From assembly GCA_964016885.1 (NCBI GenBank), contig OZ024746.1, positions 59,272,001 to 59,336,000 of the forward strand: DNA of 64,000 nt, read 5' to 3'. The position numbers were made by a program, and so were the translations under genes. The DNA comes from Eledone cirrhosa (taxonomy: Eukaryota). Shown here piece after piece: positions 43,421-57,966 of this stretch; position 1 is the stretch's first letter, and each line of letters opens with the position of its first letter. The notes under the pieces were generated by a model. It made no database searches, was not told where the DNA came from, and was given only the letters and a program-made list of their open reading frames with translations.

Positions 43421-44021
43421 GCATGTTTTTTTTTAACAAACACAGATTTAACCCCTAAGGGCTACAGGCAGAGATAAACTAATTAGCTCACGATTATACT
43501 GTTTATTTTAACTGCAAAACTGTAATAGAAATTCAATAAGATAGGTTGGATAACAAAGCAAAAATGGAACAAACTTACGGAGCGATGTAAGACTTTGTGT
43601 AGAAACACGAAGCAAAAATATTACTAATAAAATTAATAATAACGTGGCTTTACAAAACAACTTTTACCTGTAGCCATTGGAAGATTTGGAATGATATCCA
43701 ATTATACAAACAATTACATAGCCCAAATTATTAGCTTCCCTAAAATCAGTGAGTTGCAGAAAATCATTTTCATGGTGACTTCACGATTATTTATGTAGGT
43801 TTCACTACACGTAAACACAAAAACTATACATAGAAATATAGACGCACTCAAATATATACACACAGTCACATATTGTAAACTGAAACTTCTGGATTATTTT
43901 AATAATCTAATAAATACAAAGCATATCACCTGTTAGCACTGACGAGCTTCCTCTCTCTTGACGTTTCTAGTTGAGACTTGGAGGCAGACAGTACAAAATC
44001 AAAAACAAAGGCGAAACACAA

Positions 44022-44054
<33 letters not shown>

Positions 44055-44384
44055 CAGCGGCAGCAGTAGTAGCAGCAGTAGTAGTAATGATAATGATTTC
44101 ATTTATTGGCCACAAGGGCCGACATATAGGGGACAATACAAAAGACTGGGACAGTGGGGTTTTACAGAAACATCGAGTAAACAATATGAATAACAATAAC
44201 AAAGTAACAATAACAAAGTAACAATAACAAAGTAACAATAAAGTAACAAGAAAATTACAAGAAAAAATTCCCCAATAGGGGGATGACCACCTAGGGTTCG
44301 CTCAGGTACCCCACCAGTCCTGAACGACCCGACGCTTCGAGAGCACTCCGGAAGGGCACCCCTCTCCTCTTCAAATTTACCTAC

Positions 44385-47300
44385 CTACAGCCGCATGACC
44401 AGAGTAGGCCCACTCACACGGGCCATTCTCGCCACATTCACCCACCTTTCAGCAAATGTACTGGGGGGCAACACTTCTCTCTCCACCCTCACCTTCCTTT
44501 CCAAGTGAAACTTGAAAAAGTTGATGAAGGATTGGCCGAAGAGAAAAGTGTCTGTCTTCAGTCCTTTCAACCTCGTCCACCATACAACCTCTTTCGCTAC
44601 TGCCACCAGACAGAGGAAAATTGCCTGCCATTCCTGGCCAAAAGAAGGCGGCGGGTCGATCTTCACTATGGACTCGGCCAATAGCCGGATCCATTCTACA
44701 CGCGACAACAGCTGTTCAACATAACTCCACAAGTCAGTAATGCACGGACACTGGACGAGTGCGTGCAGAACGGTTTCGTCGCTCTGCGCGCATCTCGGGC
44801 AGGTCCGTCTGACAGCACTTCCGTGCCTGTAGAGTTTATCTCGAACCGGCAGTCCCCCCCCCCCCCCCCGGTAACACTGCCAAGCGAGGGATTTTTGGAT
44901 ATTATCCATCGTCCCAGGCTCGAATGTCCTCCGGTACAGACTGGTTAGTTCGACTTCGTTGACTCCCAGAGCCTCTCCGAGTGCGTCGTCCACTTGCCCA
45001 CCACTAATCCTCTATAGAACTCGAGAGTGGAAGTTCCACTAACCGCATTGCTCGCCTGGTAGAGGGCAGTGAGTGCCTGGCAACATTCCAGATGCCAGTC
45101 ACCCAGTCTCGGTCTCTTCTTGACCCAGGACTGCAACTCAATCAAAGAAACGAGATGCAGAAAGGCCCGTCTGACAAACGGCGACCACACCTGTTCACCG
45201 TTTAGGCAAAATAACTGGAGATGCCGCAGCCTCAGCGCGTGCCTGTGCATCATTAGCTACGGCATGCCCAGCCCTCCACGTGGAGGGTGCTGGCAGCAGA
45301 TGGACCGCCTCACCAGCGGAACCTGACCCCTCCACAAGAATTTGAAGAGGAGCCGCTCCAAGATGGCGAGCCGCGAACGGGAGCAAAGGACGATAGTCAG
45401 ACGGTAGTAGATGACGGACGCGATGTACGTGTTCGCCACCTCCGCCCGACCTTTCAGTGATAGCTTCATCCCAGCCCATTTCTGGGTGAGCCTGACTACC
45501 CTGCCCGTCACCTCGTCCCAATTCTTATCCACCTGGAGGTCTGGCCCGAACCAAACCCCTAGCAACTTTACCGGCACGTCCGTCCAGCGCCTAACGACGC
45601 TGTTGGACGGCATGGACTTGCCTCTTCAGGTGCTGCTGAGTTGCAAGCCCACTGACTTTTCCGGGTTATGTTTTGCTCCCGTCAACCTTTCATATTCCTC
45701 CAAAAAGTTGCCGACCACCTCGATTTCTGAGGTGTCCGACACCATCACGGTGATGTCGTCCGCATAAGCCGACACAGCCTTTCCGCGTCCCGGTTCGAGC
45801 GGGATGCCCTGCAACAGCTCCAGCTTCCGCAGTAAAGACTCGAGAGTCAATACGTACAGAAGGGAGGAGAGAGGGCACCCTTGACGGACCGATCGGGAGA
45901 CCTGAAACGGTTCCGAGAGGTGGACATTAATTTTGACCATCGAGCAGGTGCCGCTGTGCATTGCAGAGATCCAGCTTCTGAAGACGGGGCCGAAGCCAGC
46001 CGCCTTGAGGACAGCCTCCAGGTACCGATGGTCGACCCTATCGAATGCTTTCGATTGATCTAAATTGATCAGAGCCCCACCGAAGCCAGGTTTACACCCT
46101 ACCCTCTCTATGATGTATCGCATTAGTTGTCGTGTATGGACCTGGTTGGGATTGCGCTAGTTTGCGCCTCCCCAACCAAATCCCCGACGACAAGCGCCAA
46201 CCTCTTCGCAAACACCCTGGCCAAAATCTTAAACTCTGTGTTGAGCAGAGTTATGGGCCTGAAATTGTCTAATATGTCCCTCTTGTTCTCGTCTTGCCTT
46301 ATCAGCATCATTACGCCCCGGCTCACAGAACTGGGAATACTCCCGTTTTGCTGCCAGTTGCAGTAGAGGGCTTCGAGGAGATTCGAGAACAAGTCTGGCA
46401 TATTTACGTAAAGCTCGTAGGGCAGACCATCCAAACCGGGTGACTTGCGCCTCATGCAGCCGACAAGGGCATCCTGAATCTCGGCTGAAGTAATTGGCCT
46501 TTCGCAGCGCCCAGCGTCAGCCGTCGAGAGTTGCGGCAAACCATCGAGGTAGGGACTGAAGTCCGCCACCATCTCTGATCCGCCACTTCCCCCGAACAAC
46601 CGAGCAAAATGTTGGCGAAAGGCCTCACACATCCTCTTGGAATCGCTCAGCTCGTGCCCGTCTCGGTCCGTCAAATACCGAATCGTGGTTTTATTACCAC
46701 GCTGCGCCTCTGCCACGCGGGCCCATCGAACAGCTTTGGTTCCCTCGTTTCTCAGAGGACGCGCCTTAGCTCTGACAATGCAACCTTCGTGTTTCGCATT
46801 GAAGAAATGGTCTAATGGCATTCTCTCCGCCAGCACATCAGCTGCAATGCCACTACCAATAGCCTCGTCTAACTTATCTACCAACTTCCCCACCTTTCTA
46901 TTTTTCTCTAATGCTACTTCTTTGCTAAACTGTAACGACATTACTCTAATCTCGCTTTTGAGAGCCCCCCACCATCTATTGTTGACGATTCCCCCTGTCA
47001 ACTTTTTCTTAACTAAATTGTTGTCCCTGTAAGCCTTACGTGCCGGAAATGACATGTTTAGCTTCCAGTAACCAGGTCCTAACCTACGCGTCTTATCTAG
47101 GTCGACCATACAGGTCACAAACTTGTGATCTGAATAGGCAACCGTTTCAAAACGTAGACAGCTTACACTATTTCTGTCTATTTTCCTAATGAATATCCTG
47201 TCTATATAGGATCTAGATGACCCTATGAGGTTAGCCCCGGTCCACACTGGCGCATTAGGGAAATCTAGTCGGTACCTGTCAGACAGTTGGAACTGGCTGA

Positions 47301-47804
47301 TCAGGTTCTTGAGGCTTTTGCACCCCCACTCCTATCAGATACTCCCACACAGTCCCAGCGTGCGTCTAAGATGCCGTTCCAGTCCCCCGCTAACAGTAAA
47401 GGGCGAGACGTACCCAGAAAGGCTTCCAGGCGTCGAAAGAAGTCCGGCCGTCCTTCCCCAGTAGGAGCATAGACGGCCACCAGTCTAAAGGCACCACCTT
47501 CATTATTGTTCACGTCCAGGACCACCGACTTCCAGTCCGGGTCCCTGAAGATCGACCTTACCTCGAAATCCAGGCCTTTCCTAAACAGCACTGCCACCCC
47601 GCCTCCCATTCCCGGCCGGCTAACAGATGCAAAGATCTGATAGTCGTCGAAAATGGGGGCTAGTGCGCGCGTGTCGGAAATCCTGGTCTCGCTGACTGCA
47701 ATTACATCCATTTCTATAGACCTGAGGTCGTTGAGCAGGTGACCCTGCTTCCAGGACGATCCCAGGCCTCGAACATTTAAACATCCTACTCTTAATACGA
47801 CCAT
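44385..47804 (-). pseudogene. ORF2 (APE endonuclease-RT-zinc finger) of element A, multiple stops/frameshifts
   Basis: ORF pieces 47301..47804, 46123..47247, 45626..46123, 45257..45613, 44945..45253 and 44385..44993 are colinear with the ORF2 of element C. Confidence 0.92.
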
Positions 47805-47835
47805 GTTGGCAGGTTAAACAGAGAGAGAGGAAGGC

Positions 47836-49685
47836 TTACTTACCTTCCGGGCTCTTGTGAAGGTCGGGTTGTTCGACCTCCATAGTTAGTGTGGTTTCTT
47901 TTGGGAACCCCTTTAAAAGTCTTGAAGTGGGTTTTACGTTCGGGGTTCCCACGTCCCGAGGAAAGCTGTCTCGTATTTCTTTGAATATGTCGAGTGACAT
48001 TCGCACCAGAACCAAATCTTCCGGCACGCGAAATGTGCTCGATTTAAAAAATTTCCCCTCTGCGGGGCTGTGGTGGTGATGGTTTTGGTGGTGTTGTTTC
48101 GGTTGTATCTGTGTTTGTTGTGAGTGCGGTGTCTGTGGTTTCAGATGTTTGTGTGTTTATTTGTTCTTGCGTCTGTTTCGGTTGTTTGCGTTTGGGGGGG
48201 TGATGGTGATGGTGGTGTTGATGTTGGTGTTATTGGAGAGATGTTTGCGTGGGTGGTGTCTGCGTTTTTTATTGTGGGTGCTTTTGTGCTTTGTTGAGTT
48301 TTTTTTTTTTCTTTTTGTGTTTCCTTTTTTGTATTTTGGGGGATTTTGGATTTCCCTCATTTTCACTACTGGTAGATGAGGGGTCTGTGTCTGTAAGTGT
48401 GTCTGTATGTACGTTTATGGTTTTATTGGTGTGTGTATTTGGGGGGGGGGAATTTGTCAGCTTTCCTCGTTTGCCCCCTGGGTGGTCAATGTTGGTGGTG
48501 GTCTTTCTATTGGTGTTGTTGTTGGTGGTTTTGCCGGTGCTGGTGTTGGTTGTGGTCCTCGCCCCGGCGTCGGCAGCAGTGGAGCCTTTCGAGCCCTTGC
48601 CTCTTTCAGCAGTTGAGGGCAGAAGGCTCGCAAATGGGTTTTTTCCCCACAAACAAAACACTGTGGCCTTTTGCCTTCGGTCATAATGTGAATGACCGTC
48701 CCATTCTGAAGGCGGATGTGGTCCGGGATTGTCTTCACATTCTCGGGCCTGAACTGGAGAAGGATCTCCAGGTCAACCCGGACCAGTCCTCTCTGGCCGT
48801 TCTGGTCACTTCTATAGGGACTGTATCCGTCCCCTCCACAATCACACATCCCAGAATCCACCACATGTCAAGTCCTGGTGAGATTCTTGGAATGCGGAGG
48901 CGGGCCGTTCTTTTTCCCATGTGGGAGGGGTACATTATGACCTTGCTGGTTTTGCAAGGAGTCATAGCGTGTTTCATAGCGAGGGCTTCTGACTTGAACA
49001 ACACCGAAATGGTGCTGTACTGTCTGCCCCCCTCTATGTACTGGGTGTCTTCTCTGATGCACCTCAGCGCGACTTCGACATCTTCTTGTGGGATTAAAGC
49101 TTCCCTTTTGGTTTGTGCTGAGATGCATCTATAATGCACCGTTTTACGCCCCACTGCCTCAATAGCTACTACCGGGACAGTTAAGTTGGCCCAAGTTTGC
49201 TCTTGCTTGATGAGCTTCCATGCCTGGGCCAACTTTTCATCTTTGTTTGAGAGGTCTATGTTGAAGCATGGCCTCTTTTTTGCTGCTGCCGCAGCGAAAG
49301 TGTTCTTCTTGTTTTCGTTGTCGTTGTTCTTGTTGGTGTTGTCGTTATCACTGTCGCTGTTATCATTGTTAACTTTGTTGCCACCGTTGTTCTCGGTGCA
49401 GTTGGTATTGTTGGTGTTGGTGTTGACGCTATTTGTTTTCATGTTAGTGGTGTTGATATTGTTGCATTTGTCATTTTTTTTTTATCTGTATTTTCGTTGT
49501 CGCTGTTACTGTCATTTTTTTTTTAAATTAGAGTTCTCTTTGGTATCATTGGTGTCTTTGTTTACATTGTTTGTGGTGGTGTTTGTGTTATCAATGTGTG
49601 TTAATTTCGCTGTAGCGCTCCTCTCAACTTCTACATCGTTGTCGCACGACAGCAGACATATCGCTGGGGGGCGTGGCTCAGCCAT
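47836..49685 (-). pseudogene. ORF1 (gag-like, CCHC) of element A, frameshifted
   Basis: Pieces 48735..49442, 48457..48864 and 47836..48027 are homologous to ORF1 of element C. Confidence 0.85.
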
Positions 49686-49911
49686 GTTTTTTTTTTTCTC
49701 CGTAAATTTTTTAACATGTAAAAAAATAGTTCAAATATTTGGGCCAAAAGGCCCAAATATTATACTTTCCCCTTCACGGGGCAAAGTCTAAGGGCTTATA
49801 TCCCTTACACAACAAGAAATATTTAACAACAAATAATTTTAACAGCAAATAAAGCGACTTACTGGGAGCGAGCAAAATACGTCCGCTTAGACCAATAATA
49901 ATAATAATAAT

Positions 49912-52900
49912 GATTTCTTTATTGGCCACAAGGGCTGACATCAAGAAAAAACATTACAGACGGCGCAAGACGGTACATGATGGTACGATGTGGGTTTTGT
50001 GCGTGTAAATATTTTTATTATTTATATAAGAAAAGAAAAAAAAGACATAGAAACACATATATATATATAAACAATAAAAATGAAAATTGAAACAATGAAA
50101 AATTCCCCAATAGGGGTAAACCTCCGAGGGTTACTCGTGACGAAAACCACACAAAAGACCACGGCCACCCTGACCACCAGAGCAAGCGCCCTCTCTCAAT
50201 TTTTCCATTTCTCAAACTACAGACGTATATTCAGAGCGGTCCCGTTCACTCGGACCATTCTCGCTACATTCACCCACCTTTCAACAAACTTGCTAGAAAG
50301 CAGCACTTGCCTCTCCACCCTGATTTTCCTCTTCAAGTGAAACTTGAAAAAGTTAATTAGGGATTCACCGAAGAGGAAAGTGTCTGTCTTTAACCCTTTC
50401 AATCTTGTCCACCATACAATCTCTTTCGCCATGGCCACCAGGCAGATGAAAACCGCCTGCCCTTCCTCCTCGAAGGAAGACGACGAGACCATCTGCACAA
50501 TGGACTCAATCGATTACCGGATCAGTCCTACACGCGACAGCAACTGTTCGACATAGCTCCACAAGTCAGCAATGCTCGGTCACTGAACGAGTGCGTGCAC
50601 GACGGTTTCGTCGCTCTGCGCGCATCTCGGACAGGCTCGGCTGACGGCACTTCCGTGCCTGTAGAGCTTATCTCGAACCGGCAGCGCTGCCAGGCCAGGG
50701 ATTTTTGGAAGTTATCCATAGGCCCTGGGCTGAAAGTTCTGCGGGAGAGAGCAAACAGCTGATCTTCTTCGACGCCCAGAATCTCTCCGAGAACGTCATC
50801 GCTCTTCCCCTCCACTAGTCCTCTATAGAACTCCGAGGTGGATGTTCCACCGATACTGGTGCCCAGCTGGCAGACGGCAGTGAGCGCCTGGAGAAATTCC
50901 AGTTTCCAAGCGCTATCCCTCGGTCTTTTTCTGACCCAGGACTGCAGCTCCGTCAAGGAGACGAGCTGTGGGAACACGTGCCTGGCGAACGGCGACCACA
51001 CCTGTTCACCGTCAAGGAAGCACTAGAGATGTCGCAGCGTCAACGCATGTTTGCGCCTCATCAGCCATGGCATGCCCAATCCTCCACGCAACGGGTGTTG
51101 ACAGCAGATGGATCGTCTGAACATGGGGGCGCGTCCCTTCCACAAAAAGCGGAAGAGGAGGCGCTCCATTTTGGTGAGAGTTGGGCCGGGGCAAGGGACG
51201 ACGGTGAGGCGGTAGCAGATGACGGATGCGATGTACGCATTCGCCACCTCCGCCCGGCCTTTCAGGGACAGCTTCCTCTCGGCCCATTTCTGGGTGAGGG
51301 AGGTCACCTTGCTCCTCACCTCGTTCCAGTTTTTCTCCATCTGGAAGTCTGGTCCGAACCAGACCCAGAGCAATTTAACCGGTCCGTCCGTCCAACGCCC
51401 CACGACGCTGTCGGACGGCATGGACTTGCCTCTCCAGGTGCCGAGCTTCAAGCCCACCGACTTTTCCTGGTTTATCTTTGCTCCTGTCACCGCTTCGTAT
51501 TCCTTGGGAGCGGTGCCGAGCATCTGGACGTGTCTGGTGCTCAACACCACCATAGTGACGTCGTCAGCGTAAGCCGACTCGGATTTTCCGCATCCTAGTT
51601 CGCGTGGGACGCCCCTCATCGCCCCCAGTTTGTGCAGTAACGGCTCGAGAGCCAATACGTACAAGAGGGACGAGAGGGGACAACCCTGGCGGACTGAGCA
51701 CATGATGCTAAACGGCTGCAACAGGTGACCGTTCACCTTCACAACTGAGCAGATGTCGCTGTACATTGGTGCGATCTAACCACTGAAAACGGGCCTGAAA
51801 CCGGCTGCCTCGAGGACCGCCGCCAGGTACCGATGGTCGACCCTATCAAATGCTTTGGATTGATCCAAGTTGATCAGGGCCCCAGCGTGCCAGGTTCCGT
51901 AACCACCCTCTCTATGATGTATCGCATGAGGTGGAGATTGTCGTGTATGGATCTGTCCGGAATGGCGCATGTCTGCACCTCTCCCACCAGACCCTTGACG
52001 ACAAGCGCCAACCTCGTTGCTAACACTTTGGCCAAAATCTTGAACTCTGCGTTTAGCAGGGTTATGGGCCTGAAATTATCGATAGCATCCCCTTGTTCGG
52101 GTCTTTTCTCAGCAGCGCCACCGCTCCCCGGCTCACAAAACTGGGAATGCTCCCGTTCTGCTGCCAGTTGCAGTAGACATCTGCCAAGAGGTCACCGAAC
52201 AAGTCTAGCATAAATGCATAAAACTCGTAGGGCAGACCATCCAAACTTGGCGATTTACCCCTCGTGCAGTTAGCCATCGCTTCCCGTATTTCACCGGCTG
52301 TTATTGGCTTTTCGCAACACTGTGCTGCGGTTGTCGAGAGCCGAGGCAGTCCGTCGAGGTATGCACTGAAGTCCATGCCTCGATCCGGGCCGCCGCTGCT
52401 CCCGAACAGTTCAGCAAAGTGCTGCTGAAAAGTTTCACACATCTGCTCGAGTTCGAGCAACACGCACCGAATTGTGGCTTTGTTGCCACGTCGCGCCTCT
52501 CCCACCCGGGCCCATTGGACGGCTTTTGTCCCCTCGTGTTTCAGAGCACGCGCTCTAGCTCTGACAACGCAGCCTTCGTGTTTTGCGTTGAAGAATTGGT
52601 CGAGTGCCAATCTCGCCGCAAGCACGTCGGTTGCGATACCTGTCCTAAACGCCTCTTCTAGCTTTCTGACCAGCTCTCCCTCTACTCTATTTTCCTCTAT
52701 CACTACTCCTTTGCTAAACCTAATCGACTCTACTTTAATTGCCCTTTTCAGGGCGAACCACCACCTGTTGTTGACGACCGCTCCCGTCAACGCCCGCTTA
52801 ACTAATACGCTAATCCGGTTAGTAGGCTTTGCGCGCCGGGAAAGACGCGTTCAGCTTCCAGTAACCGGGCCCTTGTCTATGAAGTCTGTCTATGTCGATC

Positions 52901-54203
52901 TCACAGATCACAAATTTGTGGTCTGTGTAATCGACTATTTTAAATTGTGGACAACTTATACTAGCCTTATCTAGTTCCCTGCAGAATAACCTATCTAGAT
53001 ACGATCTGGATGACCCGATGCGGTTTGTCCATGTCCACATTGGCACATTCGGGTGATCCAGTCGATACCTGTCAGGCAGTTCAAAACGTCTGAGCAGGTT
53101 GGTGAGGCTCTTGCACCCTCCTCCCCTATCCACTAGCCACACACAATCCCAGCGTGCATCCAAGATACCGTTCCAGTCGCCCACTAACACTAAAGAGCGG
53201 GACGTTCCAAGAAAGGTCTCTAGACGTCTGAAGAAATCTGGCCGTCCTGACCCTGTTGGGGCGTAGACGGCTACTAGCCTGAAAGCATTGCCTTCGCTGC
53301 CGGTCACGTCCAGCATCACCGACTTACCTTCTGGGTCTAGGAAGATGGCCCGTATGGCGAGATCCAAGCTTCTCCGAAAAAGGAAGGACGGCAACCCCCC
53401 CCCCCCCCGATCCTGGACGGCTGGGAGATGCGTATACATCGTAGCCGCCGAAGATCGGTGCGAAGGCTTGTGCTTCGGAGATTATGGTCTCACTGATGGC
53501 TACCACATATATGGTTAGTGACTTGAGGTCGTTGAGCAGGTGACCCTGCTTCCAAGATGACTCCAGGCCACGTGCATTTATACTGTCTATTCTGATTACG
53601 GCAATGTTGGATGAGAAACGGAGCAAGTGAGAAAGGGTCACTTACCTTGATCGTGTGGTGAAGGGTAGTAGAACCGTCCCTTTCGCTGGTCATGGGTGTT
53701 TCCAAGAGGATGTCAGTGTATATCCTCTTTGTAACCGACCCTCTGAAATTTTTGTTTAAAAGGTTTGTACTGTTCTATTGAGATTTCAATGATGCTTATG
53801 TTTGTCGGGAAAGATCTTGGTGTTGGTGGGGTGTAGTAGTTTTTTTCTGTGATGTCCGTGTGCTGCTTTATATATTGTATGAGTTCTTTTTTTGCCATGT
53901 TTATGGCTGTGAACTTTGGGGGGGGGGGGGATTTTGTTGCTGTTTTCTTCTTGTTGCTGTTTGGTGTGTCTGTTTTGTTTTGTTTGCGTTGTTGGTGTTT
54001 TTGGTGATGCTGGTGGTGGTATGGTTGTTGTTGTCAGTGGTGCTTGTCGTGGTGATGGTGATGGTGGTGGTGTTGCTGCAAGTTTCCTTGCTGCCTTTAC
54101 CCCTCTTTGTGTGCCTTCGCTTTTGGAGGGTGAATCTAAGGGTTTTTTCTTTTTTCTTTTTTTGTGGCAGACCGTTTGCCACTTCACTCCCGCCTCAAAC
54201 TCC
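49912..54203 (-). mobile_element. Tx1-clade element B, 5'-truncated within ORF1, decayed (subfamily 2)
   Basis: ORF2 ~53605-50217 in ~7 pieces (RIDSINARGL, YADD, WWTRLKGL). Basic/Pro-rich ORF1 remnant at 53640-54203. Bounded by (AAT)6 and (AAT)~16. Confidence 0.92.
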
Positions 54204-54255
<52 letters not shown>

Positions 54256-54512
54256 TTTCATTTATTGGCCACAAGGGCCGACATATAGGGGACAACACAA
54301 TAGACAGGGACAGTGGGGGTTTACATAGAGATCGAGTAAGTATAAATAACAAAAAAACAAAAACAAAATAACAATAAAAATACAACAATGAAAGTTCCCC
54401 AATAAGAGGGATCACCACCCAGGGTTGACTCAAGCACCCCACCAGTCCTGAGCCACCCGACGCTCCTAGGGCACCCGGGAAGGGCACCCCTCTCCTTCTC
54501 GAATTCACCAGC

Positions 54513-57500
54513 CTACAGGCGCATGATCAGAGTAGGCCCACTCACGCGGGCCATTCTCGCCACATTCACCCACCTTTCAGTAAATGTACTGGGGGGCAGC
54601 ACTTCTCTCTCCACCCTCACCTTCCTTTCCAAGTGAAACTTGAAGAAGTTGATGAGGGATTGGCCGAAGAGAAAAGTGTCTGTCTTCAGTCCTTTCAACC
54701 TGGTCCACCATGCAACCTCTTTCGCTACTGCCACCAGGCAGAGGAAAATTGCCTGCCCTTCCTGACCAAAAGAAGGCGGCGGGTCAATCTTCACTATGGA
54801 CTCGGACGATAGCCGGGTCCGTTCTACACGCGACAATAGCTGTTCGACATAACCCCACAAGTCAGCAATGCACGGACACTGGACGAGTGCGTGCAGAACG
54901 GTTTCGTCGCTCTGCGCGCATCTCGGGCAGGTTCGTCTGACAGCACTTCCGTGCCTGTAGAGTTTATCCCGAACCAGCAGCGCCCCCCGGTAGCACTGCC
55001 AAGCGAGGGATTTCTGGAAGTTATCCATCGTCCCCGGCTCGAAAGTCCTCCGGAACATACTGGTCAGTTCTACTTCGTTGACGCCTAGAGCCTCTCCTAG
55101 TACGTCATCGTACTTGCCCTCCACTAATCCTCTATAGAAATCTTGAGTGGAAGTTCCACTGACCGCATTGCCCACCTTGCAGAGTGCAGTGAGCGCCTGG
55201 CAACATTCCAGATGCCAGTCGCCCAGTCTCGGTCTCTTCTTGACCCAGGACTGCAGCTCAGTCAAAGAGATGAGCTGCGGAAAGGCCCGTCTAACAAACG
55301 GCGACCACACCTGTTCACCGTTTAGGCAAAATATCTGGAGATGTCGCAGCCTCAGCGCATGTCTGCGCATCATTAGCCACGGCATGCCCAGCCCTCCACG
55401 AAGAGGGTGCTGGCAGCAGATGGACCGCCTCACCAACGGAACCTGACCCCTCCACAAAAATTTGAAAAGGAGCCGTTCCAAAATGGCGAGGCGTGGACGG
55501 GGGCAAGGCACGACGGTCAGGCGGTAGTAGATGACGGACGCGATGTACGCGTTCGCCACCTCCGCCCGCCCTTTCAGTGATAGCTTTCTCTCAGCCCATT
55601 TCTGGGTGAGGTTGGCTATCCTGCTCGTCACCTCGTCCCAATTCTTATCCACCTGGAGGTCTGGTCCGAACCAAACCCCGAGCAACTTTACCGGTCCGTC
55701 TGTCCAGCGCCCAACGACGCTGTTGGACGGCATGGACTTGCCTCTCCAGGTGCCGAGCTGCAAGCCCACCGACTTTTCCGGGTTAAGTTTTGCTCCCGTC
55801 AACCTTTCATATTCCTCCAAATGGGTGCGGATCACCTCGATTTCCGAGGTGTCCGACACCATCACGGTGATGTCGTCCGCATAAGCGGACGCAGCCTTTC
55901 TACGTCCCGGTTCGAGCGGGATGCCCTGCAACAACTCCAGCTTCCGCAGTAGAGGCTCAAGAGTCAATACGTACAGAAGTGAGGAGAGAGGACACCCTTG
56001 ACGGACCGATCGAGAGATCTGAAACGGTTCAGAGAGGTGGCCATTAACTTTGACCACCGAGCAGATGCCGCTGTACATTGCAGCGATCCAGCTTCTGAAG
56101 ACGGGGCTGAAGCCAGCCGCCTCGAGGACAGCCTCCAAGTACCGATGGTCGACCCTATCGAATGCTTTCGATTGATCTAAATTGATCAGAGCCCCACCGA
56201 AGCCAGGTTTGCACCCAACCCTCTCTATGATGTATCGCATGAGGTGGAGGTTGTCGTGTATGGACCTGGTCGGGATTGCGCAAGTTTGCGCCTCCCCAAC
56301 CAAATCTTTGACGACAAGCGCCAACCTTTTCGCTAACACCTTGGCCAAAATCTTAAACTCTGTGTTGAGCAGGGTTATGGGCCTGAAATTATCTAGTGTG
56401 TCCCTCTTGTTCTCGTCTTTCCTTATCAGCGTCACTACGCCACGGCTCACAGAACTGGGAATGCTCCCATTCTGCTGCCAGTTGCAGTAGAGCGCTTCGA
56501 GGAGATCGGAGAACAAGTCTGGCATATTTACGTAAAGCTCGTAGGGCAGACCATCCAAACCGGGTGACTTGCGACTCGAGCAGCCGACAAGGGCGTCCTG
56601 AATTTCGACTGATGTTATCGGCTCTTCGCAGCGCTCAGCGTCGGCCGTCGAGAGGCGTGGCAAGCCGTCGAGGTAGGGACTGAAGTCCGCCGCCCTCTCC
56701 GACTCACCCATCCTCCCGAACAATCGAGCAAAGTGCTGGCGAAAGGCCTCACACATCTGCTTGGAATCGCTCAGTTCGTGTCCATCTCGATCCGTCAAAG
56801 ACCGAATTGTGGTTTTATTTCCACGCTGCGTCTCTGCAAAGCGAGCCCATCGGGCAGCTTTGGTTCCCTCGTTCCTCAGAGCACGCGCCTTAGCTCTGAC
56901 AATGCAACCTTCGTGTTTCGCATTGAAGAAATGGTCTAGTGCCATTCTCGCCGCTAGCACGTCTGTTGCAATGCCACTACAAATAGCCTCGTCTAACTTA
57001 GCTATCAGCCCCTCCTCCTTTCTATTTTTCTCTATTGCTACTTCTTTGCTAAATCCTATCGAGGTTGCTCTAATCTCTCTTTTGAGAGCCCCCCACCACC
57101 TGTTGTTGACAACCCCCCCCCCCCTGTCAACTTTTGCTTAACTAAGTTGTTGACCCGGTCCCTGTAAGCTTTACGTGCCGGAAACGACATGTTTAGCTTC
57201 CAGTAGCTAGGTCCTAACCTACGTGTCTTATCTAGGTCGACCATACAGATCACAAGCTTCTGATCTGAATAGGCAACCGTTTTAAAATGTGGACATCCTA
57301 CACTATTTCTATCTCTTTTCCTAATGAAAATCCTATCTATGTACGATCTAGATGACCCTATGCGATTGGTCCAGGTCCATACTGGCGCATTAGGGAAATC
57401 TAGTCGGTACCTGTCAGACAGTTGAAACTGGCTGATCAGGTACTTGAGGCTTTTGCACCCCCCGCTCCTATTAGATACTCCCACACAATCCCAGCGTGCT

Positions 57501-57937
57501 TCTAAGATGCCATTCCAATCCCCTATTAACAGTAAAGGGCGAGACGTAAGCAGAAAGTTTTCCAGGCGCCTAAAGAAGTCCGGCCGACCGGCCCCAGTAG
57601 GGGCGTAGACGGCCACCAGTCTAAAGGCACCACCTTCGCTATTGCTCACGTCCAGGACCACCAACTTTCCGTCAGGATCCCGGAAGATTGACCTTACCTC
57701 GAGATCCAGACATTTCCTAAACAGCACAGCCACTCCACCTCCCATTCCCGGCCGACTAACAGATGCAAAGATCTGATAATCGTCGAAAATCGGCGCCAGT
57801 GCGCGTGTGTCGGAAATTCTGGTCTCGCTGATGGCAATTACATCCATTCCTAGTGACCTGAGGTCGTTGAGCAAGTGACCTTGCTTCCAGGGCGACCCCA
57901 GGCCACGAACATTTAAACTTCCTACTCTTATGGCCAT
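54513..57937 (-). CDS. ORF2 of element C: APE endonuclease + reverse transcriptase + C-terminal CCHC; one frameshift at the C-run 57113-57124
   Basis: ORFs 57056..57937 (SLNVRGL, SET, VYAP, GDWN, SYIDR) and 54513..56960 (KSPGLDG, RPITLLN, LDQSKAFD, RQGCPLS, YADD, CPRCAQSDETVLHALVQC). Confidence 0.92.
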
Positions 57938-57966
57938 GCTGGCAGGATGAATGGGAGAGGAAAGGT

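Larger units (their letters stand above)
44095..49893 (-). mobile_element. Tx1-clade non-LTR retrotransposon A, full length, decayed (subfamily 1)
   Basis: 5' UTR, ORF1 from ATG 49685 (MAEPRP; CFVCGEKTHLRAFC knuckle), ORF2 47804-44385 in ~6 pieces (APE LNVRGL, RT YADD, CPRC..H..C). Confidence 0.93.

Noticed and set aside
53786-54508. 240-aa ORF spanning the C 3' UTR, poly-Ile and B ORF1
   Set aside because: Chance read-through across the (ATT)n junction of two elements.
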